64,000 bases of DNA from Blastocatellia bacterium (lineage in GTDB: Bacteria > Acidobacteriota > Blastocatellia > UBA7656). The DNA lies in contig CAVXWP010000004.1 of the NCBI GenBank assembly GCA_963765495.1, forward strand, positions 96,001 to 160,000, given 5' to 3'. The translations under genes were made by a program, and so were the position numbers. The notes beneath the pieces were generated by a model, which saw nothing but the letters and a program-made list of their open reading frames with translations, was not told where the DNA came from and did not search any database. Positions 21,901 to 31,013 of this stretch are shown here, piece by piece (the first letter of the stretch is position 1; the number at the start of each line of letters is the position of its first letter).

Positions 21901-24150
21901 CAGATTGGCCGCGAGACGATTGACGTTATCAGTGAGGTCTCTCCACGTACCGCTTGCTCCGGGGACGCTAGCCTGCCCGCCGAGTTTGCCTTCGATACCC
22001 ACCTCGCGGGCAACCGTCGTTACCTGATCGGCAAAGGTGGCCAGGGTATCGATCATCCCGTTTATTGTGTCTGCCAGTTCGGCTATTTCTCCCTGCGCTT
22101 CGACCGCCAGTTTGCGTTTCAGATTTCCATTTGCGACCGCCGTAACTACGCCTGCTATCCCTCGCACCTGCGTGGTCAGATTCGCAGCCATCGAGTTCAC
22201 ATTGTCAGTCAAGTCCTTCCACGTACCGGCCACCCCCTTGACCTGCGCCTGCCCGCCGAGTTTGCCCTCCGTTCCCACTTCGCGGGCTACTCGTGTCACC
22301 TCGGATGCGAATGAGTTCAACTGATCGACCATGGTGTTGATCGTGTTTTTGAGTTCGAGGATTTCGCCTTTCACATCCACCGTGATCTTCTTTGACAGAT
22401 CGCCGTTTGCTACCGCAGTAGTGACTGCCGCAATGTTTCTCACCTGCGCGGTGAGGTTGCCTGCCATGAAGTTCACGTTGTCGGTCAAGTCTTTCCAGAT
22501 GCCCGAAACGCCCTTAACATCTGCCTGTCCGCCGAGTTTTCCTTCCGTTCCTACTTCACGGGCCACGCGTGTGACTTCGGATGCAAACGAACTGAGTTGA
22601 TCGACCATGGTGTTGATCGTGTTTTTGAGTTCGAGGATTTCGCCTTTCACATCTACCGTGATCTTCTTTGACAGATCGCCGTTTGCTACCGCCGTCGTCA
22701 CCTCCGCGATGTTTCTCACCTGCCCTGTCAGGTTGCCTGCCATCAGGTTCACGTTCTCAGTCAAGTCCTTCCACGTACCTGCCACTCCCTTGACCTGCGC
22801 CTGCCCGCCCAGTTTTCCTTCCGTTCCTACTTCACGGGCCACGCGTGTGACTTCGGATGCAAACGAACTGAGTTGATCGACCATGGTGTTGATCGTGTTT
22901 TTGAGTTCGAGGATTTCGCCTTTCACATCTACCGTGATCTTCTTTGACAGATCGCCGTTTGCTACCGCCGTCGTCACCTCCGCGATGTTTCTCACCTGCC
23001 CTGTCAGGTTGCCTGCCATCAGGTTCACATTCTCTGTCAAATCCTTCCACGTACCTGCCACTCCCTTGACCTGCGCCTGCCCGCCCAGTTTTCCTTCCGT
23101 TCCTACTTCGCGGGCCACGCGTGTGACTTCGGATGCAAACGAACTGAGTTGATCGACCATGGTGTTGATCGTGTTTTTGAGTTCGAGGATTTCGCCCTTC
23201 ACATCCACCGTGATCTTCTTTGACAGATCGCCGTTTGCTACCGCCGTCGTCACCTCCGCGATGTTTCTCACCTGCCCTGTCAGGTTGCCTGCCATCAGGT
23301 TCACATTCTCTGTCAAATCCTTCCACGTACCTGCCACACCCTTGACCTGCGCCTGCCCGCCCAGTTTGCCCTCCGTTCCCACCTCGCGGGCTACTCGTGT
23401 CACCTCAGATGCGAATGAGTTCAACTGATCGACCATGGTGTTGATCGTGTTTTTGAGTTCCAGAATCTCGCCCTTCACATCCACCGTGATCTTCTTTGAC
23501 AGATCGCCGTTTGCTACCGCCGTCGTCACCTCCGCGATGTTTCTCACCTGCCCCGTCAGGTTGCCCGCCATCAGGTTTACATTCTCAGTCAAATCCTTCC
23601 ACGTACCTGCCACACCCTTGACCTGCGCCTGTCCGCCCAGTTTTCCTTCTGTTCCCACCTCACGGGCTACGCGTGTGACTTCGGATGCAAAAGAACCGAG
23701 CCGGTCTACCATCACGTTTACGACCTTGCCGATTCGGAGAAATTCTCCCCGCAACGGACGCCCTTCTATCTCAAGAGCCATGCTCTGAGAAAGGTCTCCT
23801 CTGGCAACAGCCTCGATGACGCGCGTTATTTCAGTGGTAGGCTGCGTCAGGTCAGCTATCATAGTGTTCACCGAATCAACACACGACGCCCACGAACCGC
23901 TTGCATCATTCAGGGTAGCCCGTTGATTTATTTTTCCTTCTTTACCAACTATCGAACTCATCCGGCGAAGTTCCTTCGCCATTCGTTCATTCATCTCAAT
24001 GAGATCGTTGAGGGTATCGCAGATTTTTCCGTTCAGCCCGGCTTCTCCAACCGGCATGCGAGCAGAAAAATCGCCTTTCTTTACGGCGAGAAGAACCTTT
24101 AGAAGCAGTTTTTGATCCAGCGTACTAGCGCTCGACACTTCCGTTGACAT
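18904..24150 (-). CDS. Cytoplasmic poly-HAMP hybrid histidine kinase (poly-HAMP, GAF, HisKA, HATPase, 3 REC)
   Basis: Seven ~92-aa [22 protein letters not shown]...[10 protein letters not shown] units, a GAF region, [16 protein letters not shown] and three receiver domains. No transmembrane segment is apparent. Confidence 0.92.
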   Translation of the reverse strand: MSTEVSSASTLDQKLLLKVLLAVKKGDFSARMPVGEAGLNGKICDTLNDLIEMNERMAKELRRMSSIVGKEGKINQRATLNDASGSWASCVDSVNTMIADLTQPTTEITRVIEAVARGDLSQSMALEIEGRPLRGEFLRIGKVVNVMVDRLGSFASEVTRVAREVGTEGKLGGQAQVKGVAGTWKDLTENVNLMAGNLTGQVRNIAEVTTAVANGDLSKKITVDVKGEILELKNTINTMVDQLNSFASEVTRVAREVGTEGKLGGQAQVKGVAGTWKDLTENVNLMAGNLTGQVRNIAEVTTAVANGDLSKKITVDVKGEILELKNTINTMVDQLSSFASEVTRVAREVGTEGKLGGQAQVKGVAGTWKDLTENVNLMAGNLTGQVRNIAEVTTAVANGDLSKKITVDVKGEILELKNTINTMVDQLSSFASEVTRVAREVGTEGKLGGQAQVKGVAGTWKDLTENVNLMAGNLTGQVRNIAEVTTAVANGDLSKKITVDVKGEILELKNTINTMVDQLSSFASEVTRVAREVGTEGKLGGQADVKGVSGIWKDLTDNVNFMAGNLTAQVRNIAAVTTAVANGDLSKKITVDVKGEILELKNTINTMVDQLNSFASEVTRVAREVGTEGKLGGQAQVKGVAGTWKDLTDNVNSMAANLTTQVRGIAGVVTAVANGNLKRKLAVEAQGEIAELADTINGMIDTLATFADQVTTVAREVGIEGKLGGQASVPGASGTWRDLTDNVNRLAANLTTQVRAIAEVATAVTKGDLTRSISVEAAGEVAALKDNINEMIRNLKDTTRKNTEQDWLKTNLAKFTQLLQGQKDLLTVSRLILSELAPLVNVQHGAFYVGENLDEEPQFALRASYAYKERKNLSSRYRLGESLIGQCALERERILISNVPEDYIKINSGLGEATPLNIVVLPVLFEGQVKAVIELASFRRFSETHLAFLDQLTESIGIVLNTIEANMRTEELLKQSQSLTYELQTQKTELTETNVRLEQQARSLQASEELLKQQQEELQQTNEELEEKAQLLSEQKSEVERKNREIEQARRALEEKAEQLALTSKYKSEFLANMSHELRTPLNSMLVLSELLAENPNTNLSTKQIEFAQTIHSSGADLLALINEILDLSKIESGNMGVEVSDLPFRKMRDDIERAFRPVAETKGVGFKIELAPDLPEFVTTDAKRLQQVINNLLSNAFKFTEEGEVALHIEMASKGWIYDNGMLNRADHVIAFSVCDTGIGIPKEKHRIIFEAFQQADGTTSRKYGGTGLGLSISREIASLLGGELSMSSTPGEGSTFTLYLPLSFVPAEPTPHPKISGEFQTRIPHRSDDREFEADADSLTPLPGEIADDRDEIGPDDKVLLVVEDDANFARILMDMGHEKGFKVLVTSRGDVALALARKLLPDAITLDIRLPGMHGLAVLDRLKHDPGTRHIPVHIISLAEDAQVGLKMGARVYLKKPVTRDALKEAFSNIKGFIERPARRLLVVEDNDVQRQTIVELIGNGDVQTTAVATGEEALEALREQVFDCVVIDLGLPGMTGFDLISRIKKEAGGADLPIIVYTGKDLSKSEETELKRLAETVIVKDVKSMERLLDETALFLHRVEAHMPEPKRRLLEQLHQTDSTIAGKKVMIVDDDIRNIFALTSALERHNMEVIYAENGKDALDLLEGTPNVDIVLMDVMMPELDGYEAMRAIRSIEKFKSLPIIALTAKAMKGDREKCIEAGASDYITKPIDIQQLMSLLRVWLYK
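21766..23697 (-). repeat. Intragenic 276-bp tandem repeat (~7 units, HAMP pairs)
   Basis: Near-identical DNA units; antisense ORFs recur at 22331, 22607, 22883, 23159 and 23435, an exact 276-bp period. Confidence 0.9.
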
Positions 24151-24527
24151 TTGGCGCTCCTTGAAATGAAATTTAGAGTCAGTAAGACCGGCGTAGTTTG
24201 TTGATCAGTCTTTAATCGGCAAGAGGTCAGTTTCCCAGGCGCAAGAGAATAGTCTCAAATCGCGAGATGGCTAAAAAGAATTTTCCTGGATTTAATGCCT
24301 TTGCGCGTCTAGTCCACGAGCAATATCATAGACAACTGTGGTGGTTCTGAAAACCCTAATCTTGCACATCTTGATTTGTTTGACGTGTATTTGAGAAAGT
24401 AATCGGGCTTATTTTGTCGGCAGGCATGTCCAGAGCCGTGCTCAGAATACTCCAACAGGTTTTCCTGATTTAAGAGTATTTATCCAAAAGCATCCTATTG
24501 CGCTCGAAAGGCTTCTAACCAAATGTT

Positions 24528-24719
24528 ATGAGAACTATTAAGGAAAGACTAACGAATGAGATAGAGTACCTTAAGGCGCTGGCCGAGATGTACGAGCAGG
24601 AAAGCGATAGAAACGCCAGACAGAAATCTCTGGCGGCGATTGAGGCCCTGAATCAATTGATTGCAGTCATAGACGAGGCTCCGATAATTTCGCCGGAGTC
24701 TGTCCTTCAAGCAGCTTAA
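24528..24719 (+). CDS. Small hypothetical helical protein (63 aa), divergent from the kinase operon
   Basis: Only ORF in an otherwise non-coding gap; amphipathic two-helix-like sequence. Confidence 0.5.
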   Translation: MRTIKERLTNEIEYLKALAEMYEQESDRNARQKSLAAIEALNQLIAVIDEAPIISPESVLQAA

Positions 24720-24823
24720 ATCCCTTCTGGTGCTCCTAATACCAAACCCTTTCAGATGATTAGGTTTAACACTCGAATTCGTAAAATCATAAAGATTTTC
24801 AACATGCTGATTAGAATACTTGA

Positions 24824-24856
24824 AATAGGCCGGGACAGTTGCGGATCAGGCCTATT
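24824..24856. repeat. Truncated copy of the 102-bp REP/MITE family; hairpin downstream of two convergent genes
   Basis: AATAGGCCGGGAC...GGCCTATT, with the same termini as 37959-38060. Confidence 0.6.
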
Positions 24857-24993
24857 AAAGCAAGCCTCCCACTCAAATTATGGGGCTATGTGATCTTTAT
24901 CGTCCCTATCCGAAGAGATTTGGTATTAATCACCCCGCTGGATTTCCATCTCATCTGAAATCTCAGATCTCAGATCTCAAATTTCAAGGGCGG

Positions 24994-25623
24994 TCAGGAA
25001 ATGTCCTTGACTGAAATCCTTGTGCTCTCACTCTCTGGCAGGCTGACACGGGATAAAATGATATGACGGCTCTCCCCGCACTCAGGACACGGCGCGGATT
25101 CTCCCGCACAAAGATCGAAACTCTTCTCCGTAACCGAGGGCGCGCTCCATAAAACATCCAGATGAAACCCGTCACGAATGCGTGAGTGATGAATTGTCTC
25201 TCTACACCGACAGGACTGCGCGCGCGCCGCAACGGGGCTGGTCTGTTCCTCGGCGTATCGAATTCCTATTAAAGCCAGAGGCACCGGCTTTCCGCCAATC
25301 TGAGGGCGCGCCCAGATGTATTCCCTGATATCCAACCGCGTCGGGACGCTTACTTCCACCTCATCGCCACAACAGGTAATTGCATAGCCGGGGCAGACGA
25401 TAATTGCCCACGGGCGGGCAGGGTCGCCTGCGGGCACGACGCGTAATCCACAGACTACGCCACCGCCGTGGAGGAAGCGCCCGTGCCGCCGCAGTCGTTG
25501 TCTGCGATAGTTTTGCTCGGTCAACAGATCATCCGAAGCAAGGTAATTGCCCGCCTCGTATTGGGGCCGCAGCAGGCTGCCGACTGGGATTCGCGCTGAC
25601 TTGATCTGATCGCGATGTGACAT
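24994..25623 (-). CDS. CIS fibre/baseplate-associated paralog 5 (Cys-rich, short)
   Basis: RPQYEAGNYLASDDLLTEQNY...LHGGGVVCGL...PGYAITCCGDEV module shared with neighbours; ATG at 25623. Confidence 0.65.
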   Translation of the reverse strand: MSHRDQIKSARIPVGSLLRPQYEAGNYLASDDLLTEQNYRRQRLRRHGRFLHGGGVVCGLRVVPAGDPARPWAIIVCPGYAITCCGDEVEVSVPTRLDIREYIWARPQIGGKPVPLALIGIRYAEEQTSPVAARAQSCRCRETIHHSRIRDGFHLDVLWSAPSVTEKSFDLCAGESAPCPECGESRHIILSRVSLPESESTRISVKDIS

Positions 25624-25627
25624 AAGC

Positions 25628-26761
25628 TTATTCCAATTTACTGACCGAGAACGCGCTGGCGAAGTCGTCTCCACCTACGCCATCCTTGTTGCCGTCAAGC
25701 GCCAGATCATCGAGATCCGTGATGTGCGGATCGCCTGAGCCGTGCGCAGTGATCTTATAATCCCCGGTCCGTAACGGTGCCTTCGGTTCAAAGATGGCCG
25801 TTCGCGCCGCCGCCAGATACTTCACCGTACCTCCCACCTTTTCCCCATCACGCTCAACTGTGAGGGTCTGTTCGTCTACAGTCCCTTCCTGAAGGTCTTT
25901 GTTGAACTTCACCTCGATCACCACAGGCCCTTCATTTGTAAAGGATTCTCCGTTTGCCGGAGAGACGCTGACAACGCGAACGGGGACAGGTTGAGGCACG
26001 TCTCGCTCCTGGCAACAGCAGCGAATCAATTGCTCCTGCAACATGGCCGTACTGTAAATCTGGCGTCTGACGACGATGTTATTGATCATATTGTTTTCAA
26101 CCTCGATGCCGGATGAGGCCGGCAGGTCTACCTGCGCGAGCACGACCCACGGGTCTTCGGGGCAGGGCGGGCAAGGCGGCAGCTTTTTTTGAGCGATAAG
26201 ATTGCAGATAAGCGGCGGCACGTGCGAAGGCGGCAACTCCGTGAGACAGCAGATTTCAAAGCCGTCCCGGATGCGCGAATATTCGCAGGCCACTTCCTCG
26301 CAGCCGCAACCCGAGGGCATCGCGCGTACGGGGCTTGCCATACATTCAGCGTACCTGATTGCGACGTAGAGCCGCGTGCCAGCCTCGCCGCCGGGATTGC
26401 CGAGCGGGTTCGGCTCGCACGGATCAGATGATGCCTGTTCGATGCACCGAGCCAGATCGAGCGCACTTGCTTCGCCTACGTAAATCTCATCGCCGAATGG
26501 GCCGAGCGCATAACCGGACCCGATCTTTACACGCCAGGGCGCGTCATCGGTCGGAGCGGCTGTCACCTCTAATCCGCAAACGGTTCCCCAGCCGTGCAGA
26601 AAGCGGTTGTGGCGGCGCAGCCTCTGACGAAAATATTCCTGATCCGCGATCATATCGTCAGCCGTCAGCAGTTGGCGCGGAAAATAGTTGACGCGTTCAA
26701 GCCTCCCCCGCTCGGATTGCGCGCAATCGAGAAGCCGAGGTTGTGCCGTGATTGTTGCCAT
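25628..26761 (-). CDS. CIS fibre-like paralog 4 with C-terminal Ig-like (Big_5/SbsA-type) domain
   Basis: ERVNYFPRQLLTADD module, Cys-rich middle, and PVRVVSVSPANG...VKFNKDL...F.P..PL...Y Ig-like signature. Confidence 0.7.
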   Translation of the reverse strand: MATITAQPRLLDCAQSERGRLERVNYFPRQLLTADDMIADQEYFRQRLRRHNRFLHGWGTVCGLEVTAAPTDDAPWRVKIGSGYALGPFGDEIYVGEASALDLARCIEQASSDPCEPNPLGNPGGEAGTRLYVAIRYAECMASPVRAMPSGCGCEEVACEYSRIRDGFEICCLTELPPSHVPPLICNLIAQKKLPPCPPCPEDPWVVLAQVDLPASSGIEVENNMINNIVVRRQIYSTAMLQEQLIRCCCQERDVPQPVPVRVVSVSPANGESFTNEGPVVIEVKFNKDLQEGTVDEQTLTVERDGEKVGGTVKYLAAARTAIFEPKAPLRTGDYKITAHGSGDPHITDLDDLALDGNKDGVGGDDFASAFSVSKLE

Positions 26762-26780
26762 AATGTATGCTCCTTTACAG

Positions 26781-27821
26781 TTATTTGTCTGCTACGGCCT
26801 CTGCCCGGAACGTCACAGTGTAGGCGCTTCCAACGGCGCCTGCCGTCACCTGATGTTCCCCCTTCGCCGCCCCTAACACCCAGACAGCCTCAACACGCCC
26901 TTCCTTGTCGGTAGTCGCGGTTTCAGGATCAGTTTTGCCCTCGCCCTCGGTTACAGTAAACTGCACGAGCGCGCCCTCGACCGCATCCCCCTTACCGTCG
27001 AGAAGCTCAACCACAAGAGACGAGGCAAGCTTCTCTTCCGGCTTCGCCTTCTGCCCGTCGCCCGACACATAACGCAACATACGGGCTTCGCTCAATTGCG
27101 TGACCTGCTCGCTCAAACAAAGAAGCAATTCGTAAAGCAGGTTGTTGTTATAGATGAGCCGCCGCACCGACGATGAGTCGATGCTGTTGTCATTCAGAGG
27201 CAATGAGACGCGAGCCAGCTGCACGCAGGTATCCGGCGCAGTTTCCGGGCAAGCCGCGCCGATTCTATCGCAGAGCAGTTCGTGCAGGCTCTCGGCCACA
27301 GGCGATATCAACTGGCCAAATCCGCAATCGGGCGGCTTCGCAGGATCGGCTTCGCTGAGCCTTACAAGAATGCGAAAACTCTCACCAATAGTGCTGTGCG
27401 CGCAATTGCCGTCAGTTTCGCAGTCGGGCACAAGCACAGGAACCGGGTCGAGTTTTAATTCAGCGTATGCCAGACATATATCGACCTCCCCGGCATCTAA
27501 GGGATCGCCCATCTGTAGGCCGTCATCATCGGTCAGAATACTCGGATCGATGGTGAGTCGTTGAGGGACTATGATCTCGCGGCCCAGACCGTCGAGAGCC
27601 GCGCCCGGTTCGATAAGAACATTCCCGTCGTCGCCCGGCGTTACGCTTAATCCGCAGATGACGCCGCTGCCGATCACAAGCCGATTTATAAGCAGGCGTT
27701 TTTGATTGAAGTACCGCTGCTCTTTTTCAAACTGCGCCACGTCCATCAGCTTGCCGTAAAAGTAATGATTGCGCACGGGGACGACCATCCTGCTTCCATT
27801 GCCGTTTGAACTGGAACCCAT
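26781..27821 (-). CDS. CIS fibre-like paralog 3 with C-terminal Ig-like (Big_1/invasin-type) domain
   Basis: RNHYFYGKLM module; VSGDGQ...LVVELLDGKG..VEGALVQFTV...TTDKEGR..W.LG Ig-like signature. Confidence 0.7.
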   Translation of the reverse strand: MGSSSNGNGSRMVVPVRNHYFYGKLMDVAQFEKEQRYFNQKRLLINRLVIGSGVICGLSVTPGDDGNVLIEPGAALDGLGREIIVPQRLTIDPSILTDDDGLQMGDPLDAGEVDICLAYAELKLDPVPVLVPDCETDGNCAHSTIGESFRILVRLSEADPAKPPDCGFGQLISPVAESLHELLCDRIGAACPETAPDTCVQLARVSLPLNDNSIDSSSVRRLIYNNNLLYELLLCLSEQVTQLSEARMLRYVSGDGQKAKPEEKLASSLVVELLDGKGDAVEGALVQFTVTEGEGKTDPETATTDKEGRVEAVWVLGAAKGEHQVTAGAVGSAYTVTFRAEAVADK

Positions 27822-27874
27822 TCTAATCTCCTCCTATTGCCCGGAAGACTGACCATCCTTCCCAACCACTCATA

Positions 27875-29104
27875 TCACGCCTCACAGGGAGTACCTTGCT
27901 CGGCAAGCGTCACCGTATCCAGATTTGAGCCGATCTGCGCAGGCTCGGGGCCGTTTGCGATGATGGCATCAATGCCGATGCGCGCCTGCGCGCCCACGCG
28001 CATAGCTGGCTCGATCACTCGCAGATGGGCTACGACATAGGCGGGTTTTTCACGCTCGATGACCGCCTGCAAATCCGAAAGCGCGCCTGCTCTTCTCAGT
28101 TCGGCGCAATAAACGCTCACGCAGAATGTGTGAGCCACATCCTCAAACAGCGCGGCTCCGAAGTCCTCCGCTTTCGTAAGGTGCGAGCCGTCAAGCGTAG
28201 CCGTCCTAGAAACGACCGCGCCCTGAAGCGGACCCGCAGCAAGCATGGTTGTGAAGCCGAGCGAAGATGTCTCTCCGAGCGACCATACGACCGCGCTTTG
28301 TCCCGGTTCTTCGATGTGAGCCTTTACCCCGGCGTATATCTCCAGATAATGTCTCAACCCCTGAACCGTTCCGCGCTCGCCATATAGCCCGAAGGCTTTG
28401 GCCAGAAATGCGCGCGCTTCTTCACCCGACCATCTCTCGTTCAGATCGAAGGCCAGCCAACCGGCAAGCCAGTTGAGCCACGAGGGGAAACCGGCCGAGG
28501 GCGCGGCCTCCGGGTCAAACAGAAGAGGCAAATCGTCAATCGAACCTTCAATGCTTCCGAGCAGGCTTTCGTGAAGAGAGAGAAACCGCTCCAGCAAATC
28601 ACGCGACGCCGGATTTTTTCTATAGATGGCGGGCAAATACTTTATGTAAGTGTCGCGTCCATAAGTGACCCGCGCCTGATGAAGGGCCGGTGACGCGCCG
28701 CCGTCGCCACGCATCACGCCGCCGATCCACAACCGGCGGGCCGGAGGGTTAAGAATCAACAGGTCGGCCAGATCGAGCGGCGCGGCAAGCCAGCCTGAAC
28801 CTCCAAACGGCGTTTCACCATTCAAATCGCTTTGCGGAGAGTTTTCGCCTGTGTAAGTGAAGAACTGAAAATGAGCGCCCGAACCACTCGCATCGGCAAA
28901 CGCCTGCAACCTGTACCAATCGGTTGCGCTCTCTCCCGTTTCGAACGGACCACCGATGAATGCGCCTCGTAGCTCATAGCTTTCATCTGCCAGTTGCTTC
29001 AACCTGAGCGCGCCGTCGGGTGCTATATCGACCGCGTTCGACAGCAGAAAATTTGGCCATTCGTTTGCCAGATTCAGATAGAAATATCCGTTCTCAGTAT
29101 CCAT
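27875..29104 (-). CDS. Phage tail protein (P2 gpI/gp7-like baseplate wedge component)
   Basis: YLPAIYR...LERFLSL...FDPEAAP...WLAGWL...RGTVQGL...EREKPAY motif; ATG at 29104. Confidence 0.75.
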   Translation of the reverse strand: MDTENGYFYLNLANEWPNFLLSNAVDIAPDGALRLKQLADESYELRGAFIGGPFETGESATDWYRLQAFADASGSGAHFQFFTYTGENSPQSDLNGETPFGGSGWLAAPLDLADLLILNPPARRLWIGGVMRGDGGASPALHQARVTYGRDTYIKYLPAIYRKNPASRDLLERFLSLHESLLGSIEGSIDDLPLLFDPEAAPSAGFPSWLNWLAGWLAFDLNERWSGEEARAFLAKAFGLYGERGTVQGLRHYLEIYAGVKAHIEEPGQSAVVWSLGETSSLGFTTMLAAGPLQGAVVSRTATLDGSHLTKAEDFGAALFEDVAHTFCVSVYCAELRRAGALSDLQAVIEREKPAYVVAHLRVIEPAMRVGAQARIGIDAIIANGPEPAQIGSNLDTVTLAEQGTPCEA

Positions 29105-29112
29105 AAATTTAA

Positions 29113-30024
29113 TCAGCCTTCGATGCCCATCCAGACCACCTGCCACCCCAGTTTCTTGACGATGCCCGGTGCCTGCTGACTGCGCAATGAGGGTGGATTG
29201 ATCGCTATCTGCCCCGATGCAATCGCGGGCAACAGTACCTGAAGCTTGAACTGTTCCGGCGTACCTTCTACGGTTGCAGGATAACCGACCGCGATCAGCG
29301 GCCCCGGCGCGTCACCTAGATACCTGTCGCCTGTCACGTGAGCTACATAACGCGGAGTAGCGCGAAAGCGAGCCTGCGAAGTGTCCACCTGGACCTCGAC
29401 TCCAAGCGCCTGCCCGCCAATCTGCCACAGTTTCCAGTCTGTAGCGTCGGAACCCGTCTGACCCGATGCGATGTAGGGCTGCGCCGAGGGGCGGGCATTT
29501 CGCCGCGCGGCCAGACAGAGCGGGCGACTGAGTTGACAGTTCTTGATCCATGCCTTTGCAAGAATCAATTCAACTCCTTCCGTCAACTGATCAGGTTTAT
29601 GCCAGGAAATGCGCGGCTCGTCTCGCAAACGGACCGTCCCATCGGGCAGACATACGCCTGATTGGCGTTCGGCTACCGTCTGGTCGCTGTCTTCAAGATA
29701 AGAGGCTGTCAGGTAATAGACGGCCTCTTTACCACCAGTCGCTTCGGCGATGGCGGGAACCGGGAGCGATATGGATTCACCCAGTATGATTTCACGCCCG
29801 AGCCGGTCTACCGCATAACCCGGCTCGATTTTTACGGCGCGGGAGCCCCGCCCGCCGGTCACGCCAAACCCCTTAGCTATTCCCCAGCTATGCAGGCTGC
29901 GATTGTGCAACCATCGCAACTCGCGGTTATAATCCTGCAATTCGGTCAGGTCGGCGGCAGTCAATTGCTGGCCAGGGAAAAAGATGATGCGCTCAAGCGC
30001 TGGTATTTCGACATTGTCAGACAT
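29113..30024 (-). CDS. CIS fibre-like paralog 2
   Basis: ERIIFFPGQQLTAADL...HSWGIAKGF...PGYAVDRLGREI module; C-terminal VDTSQARF domain shared with 30034-31005. Confidence 0.7.
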   Translation of the reverse strand: MSDNVEIPALERIIFFPGQQLTAADLTELQDYNRELRWLHNRSLHSWGIAKGFGVTGGRGSRAVKIEPGYAVDRLGREIILGESISLPVPAIAEATGGKEAVYYLTASYLEDSDQTVAERQSGVCLPDGTVRLRDEPRISWHKPDQLTEGVELILAKAWIKNCQLSRPLCLAARRNARPSAQPYIASGQTGSDATDWKLWQIGGQALGVEVQVDTSQARFRATPRYVAHVTGDRYLGDAPGPLIAVGYPATVEGTPEQFKLQVLLPAIASGQIAINPPSLRSQQAPGIVKKLGWQVVWMGIEG

Positions 30025-30033
30025 CGTTTCTCC

Positions 30034-31005
30034 TCACAGGAAGACGGTATGCAGAATGATCTTCGTCAGGTCAAACACGGGCTCGCCGCCCGTCACAGGC
30101 TCAACGCCAAACCAGGTAAGGTGCCATCTTCGATCTTCGGCCTCCTTCGCCGTGACGATTCTGCCAAACGGAGGCTGCCCCGCGCAGACGATTCGATATG
30201 TGAAACCGTCTGCGGAAACGTCGGCGATAAAACCGAATACTTCGGGCGACAACGTGGGCTGAATTTCAGCAGGCCACCCCGCCCCTTGAAAGAGCGGGGC
30301 CTCCCCCTCACGGTTGCTGAGGTCGCCTTCGAGGGTCGCAAAGTATTGGGGCTTGCGGTGAAATCCGGCCTCTGACGTATCCACTGCTACTTCCAAACCC
30401 AGATGCGCGCCTTCTTCCGTCGTCCACGCCTGCCAGCCCGTCTGACCAGCTTCGGTAATGTCATAATTTACGTGCGGGCGCACATTTGGCCGGGCGTTGC
30501 GGCGTACGGAAAGGTTGAGCCCCCCCTGAATCGTTCCCTGAGCAACCGTAACGGCGACAAGCGGGACCTGTAATCCGAATCGGGCGTCGAGAGGTCTATG
30601 CCATTGAAAATCGGGCCGCTCCTGATTTCTGTCAAATTTATCCGGGCACGATTCGATCATTTCGCGCCGCCTCCCGAATGCCTGATCCTTCCTGTAGCTC
30701 GCGGTCAACACAAACATCTCCGGGCCGTTTACATCCGGGACCGGAACGCTCACGCTTCCGGCCAGTAAAATGTCGCGCCCAGCCTCGTCAATAGCGTAGC
30801 CCGACCCGACGATAACGCCCCGGCTGTCATCCATAATCTGCGCTCTGAAGCCGAGAGCGATTCCCCACGTGTCGTGCAGTTGGAGGTTGTGCGCCGCGCG
30901 TAATCGCGAGTGGCGTAACTGTTCGTCGTTAAGGTCACGAGCCGTCAACAACTGGCCATCGCGATAGGTGATGCGATCAAAGCGGGCGGATAAATCATTC
31001 GACAT
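30034..31005 (-). CDS. CIS fibre-like paralog 1
   Basis: RITYRDGQLLTARDL...TWGIALGF...GYAIDEAGRDI module and VDTSEAGF domain; ATG at 31005. Confidence 0.7.
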   Translation of the reverse strand: MSNDLSARFDRITYRDGQLLTARDLNDEQLRHSRLRAAHNLQLHDTWGIALGFRAQIMDDSRGVIVGSGYAIDEAGRDILLAGSVSVPVPDVNGPEMFVLTASYRKDQAFGRRREMIESCPDKFDRNQERPDFQWHRPLDARFGLQVPLVAVTVAQGTIQGGLNLSVRRNARPNVRPHVNYDITEAGQTGWQAWTTEEGAHLGLEVAVDTSEAGFHRKPQYFATLEGDLSNREGEAPLFQGAGWPAEIQPTLSPEVFGFIADVSADGFTYRIVCAGQPPFGRIVTAKEAEDRRWHLTWFGVEPVTGGEPVFDLTKIILHTVFL

Positions 31006-31013
31006 AATGTTCC

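Noticed and set aside
22037-23788. Series of repeated 89-117 aa plus-strand ORFs
   Set aside because: Antisense shadows of the HAMP repeats.
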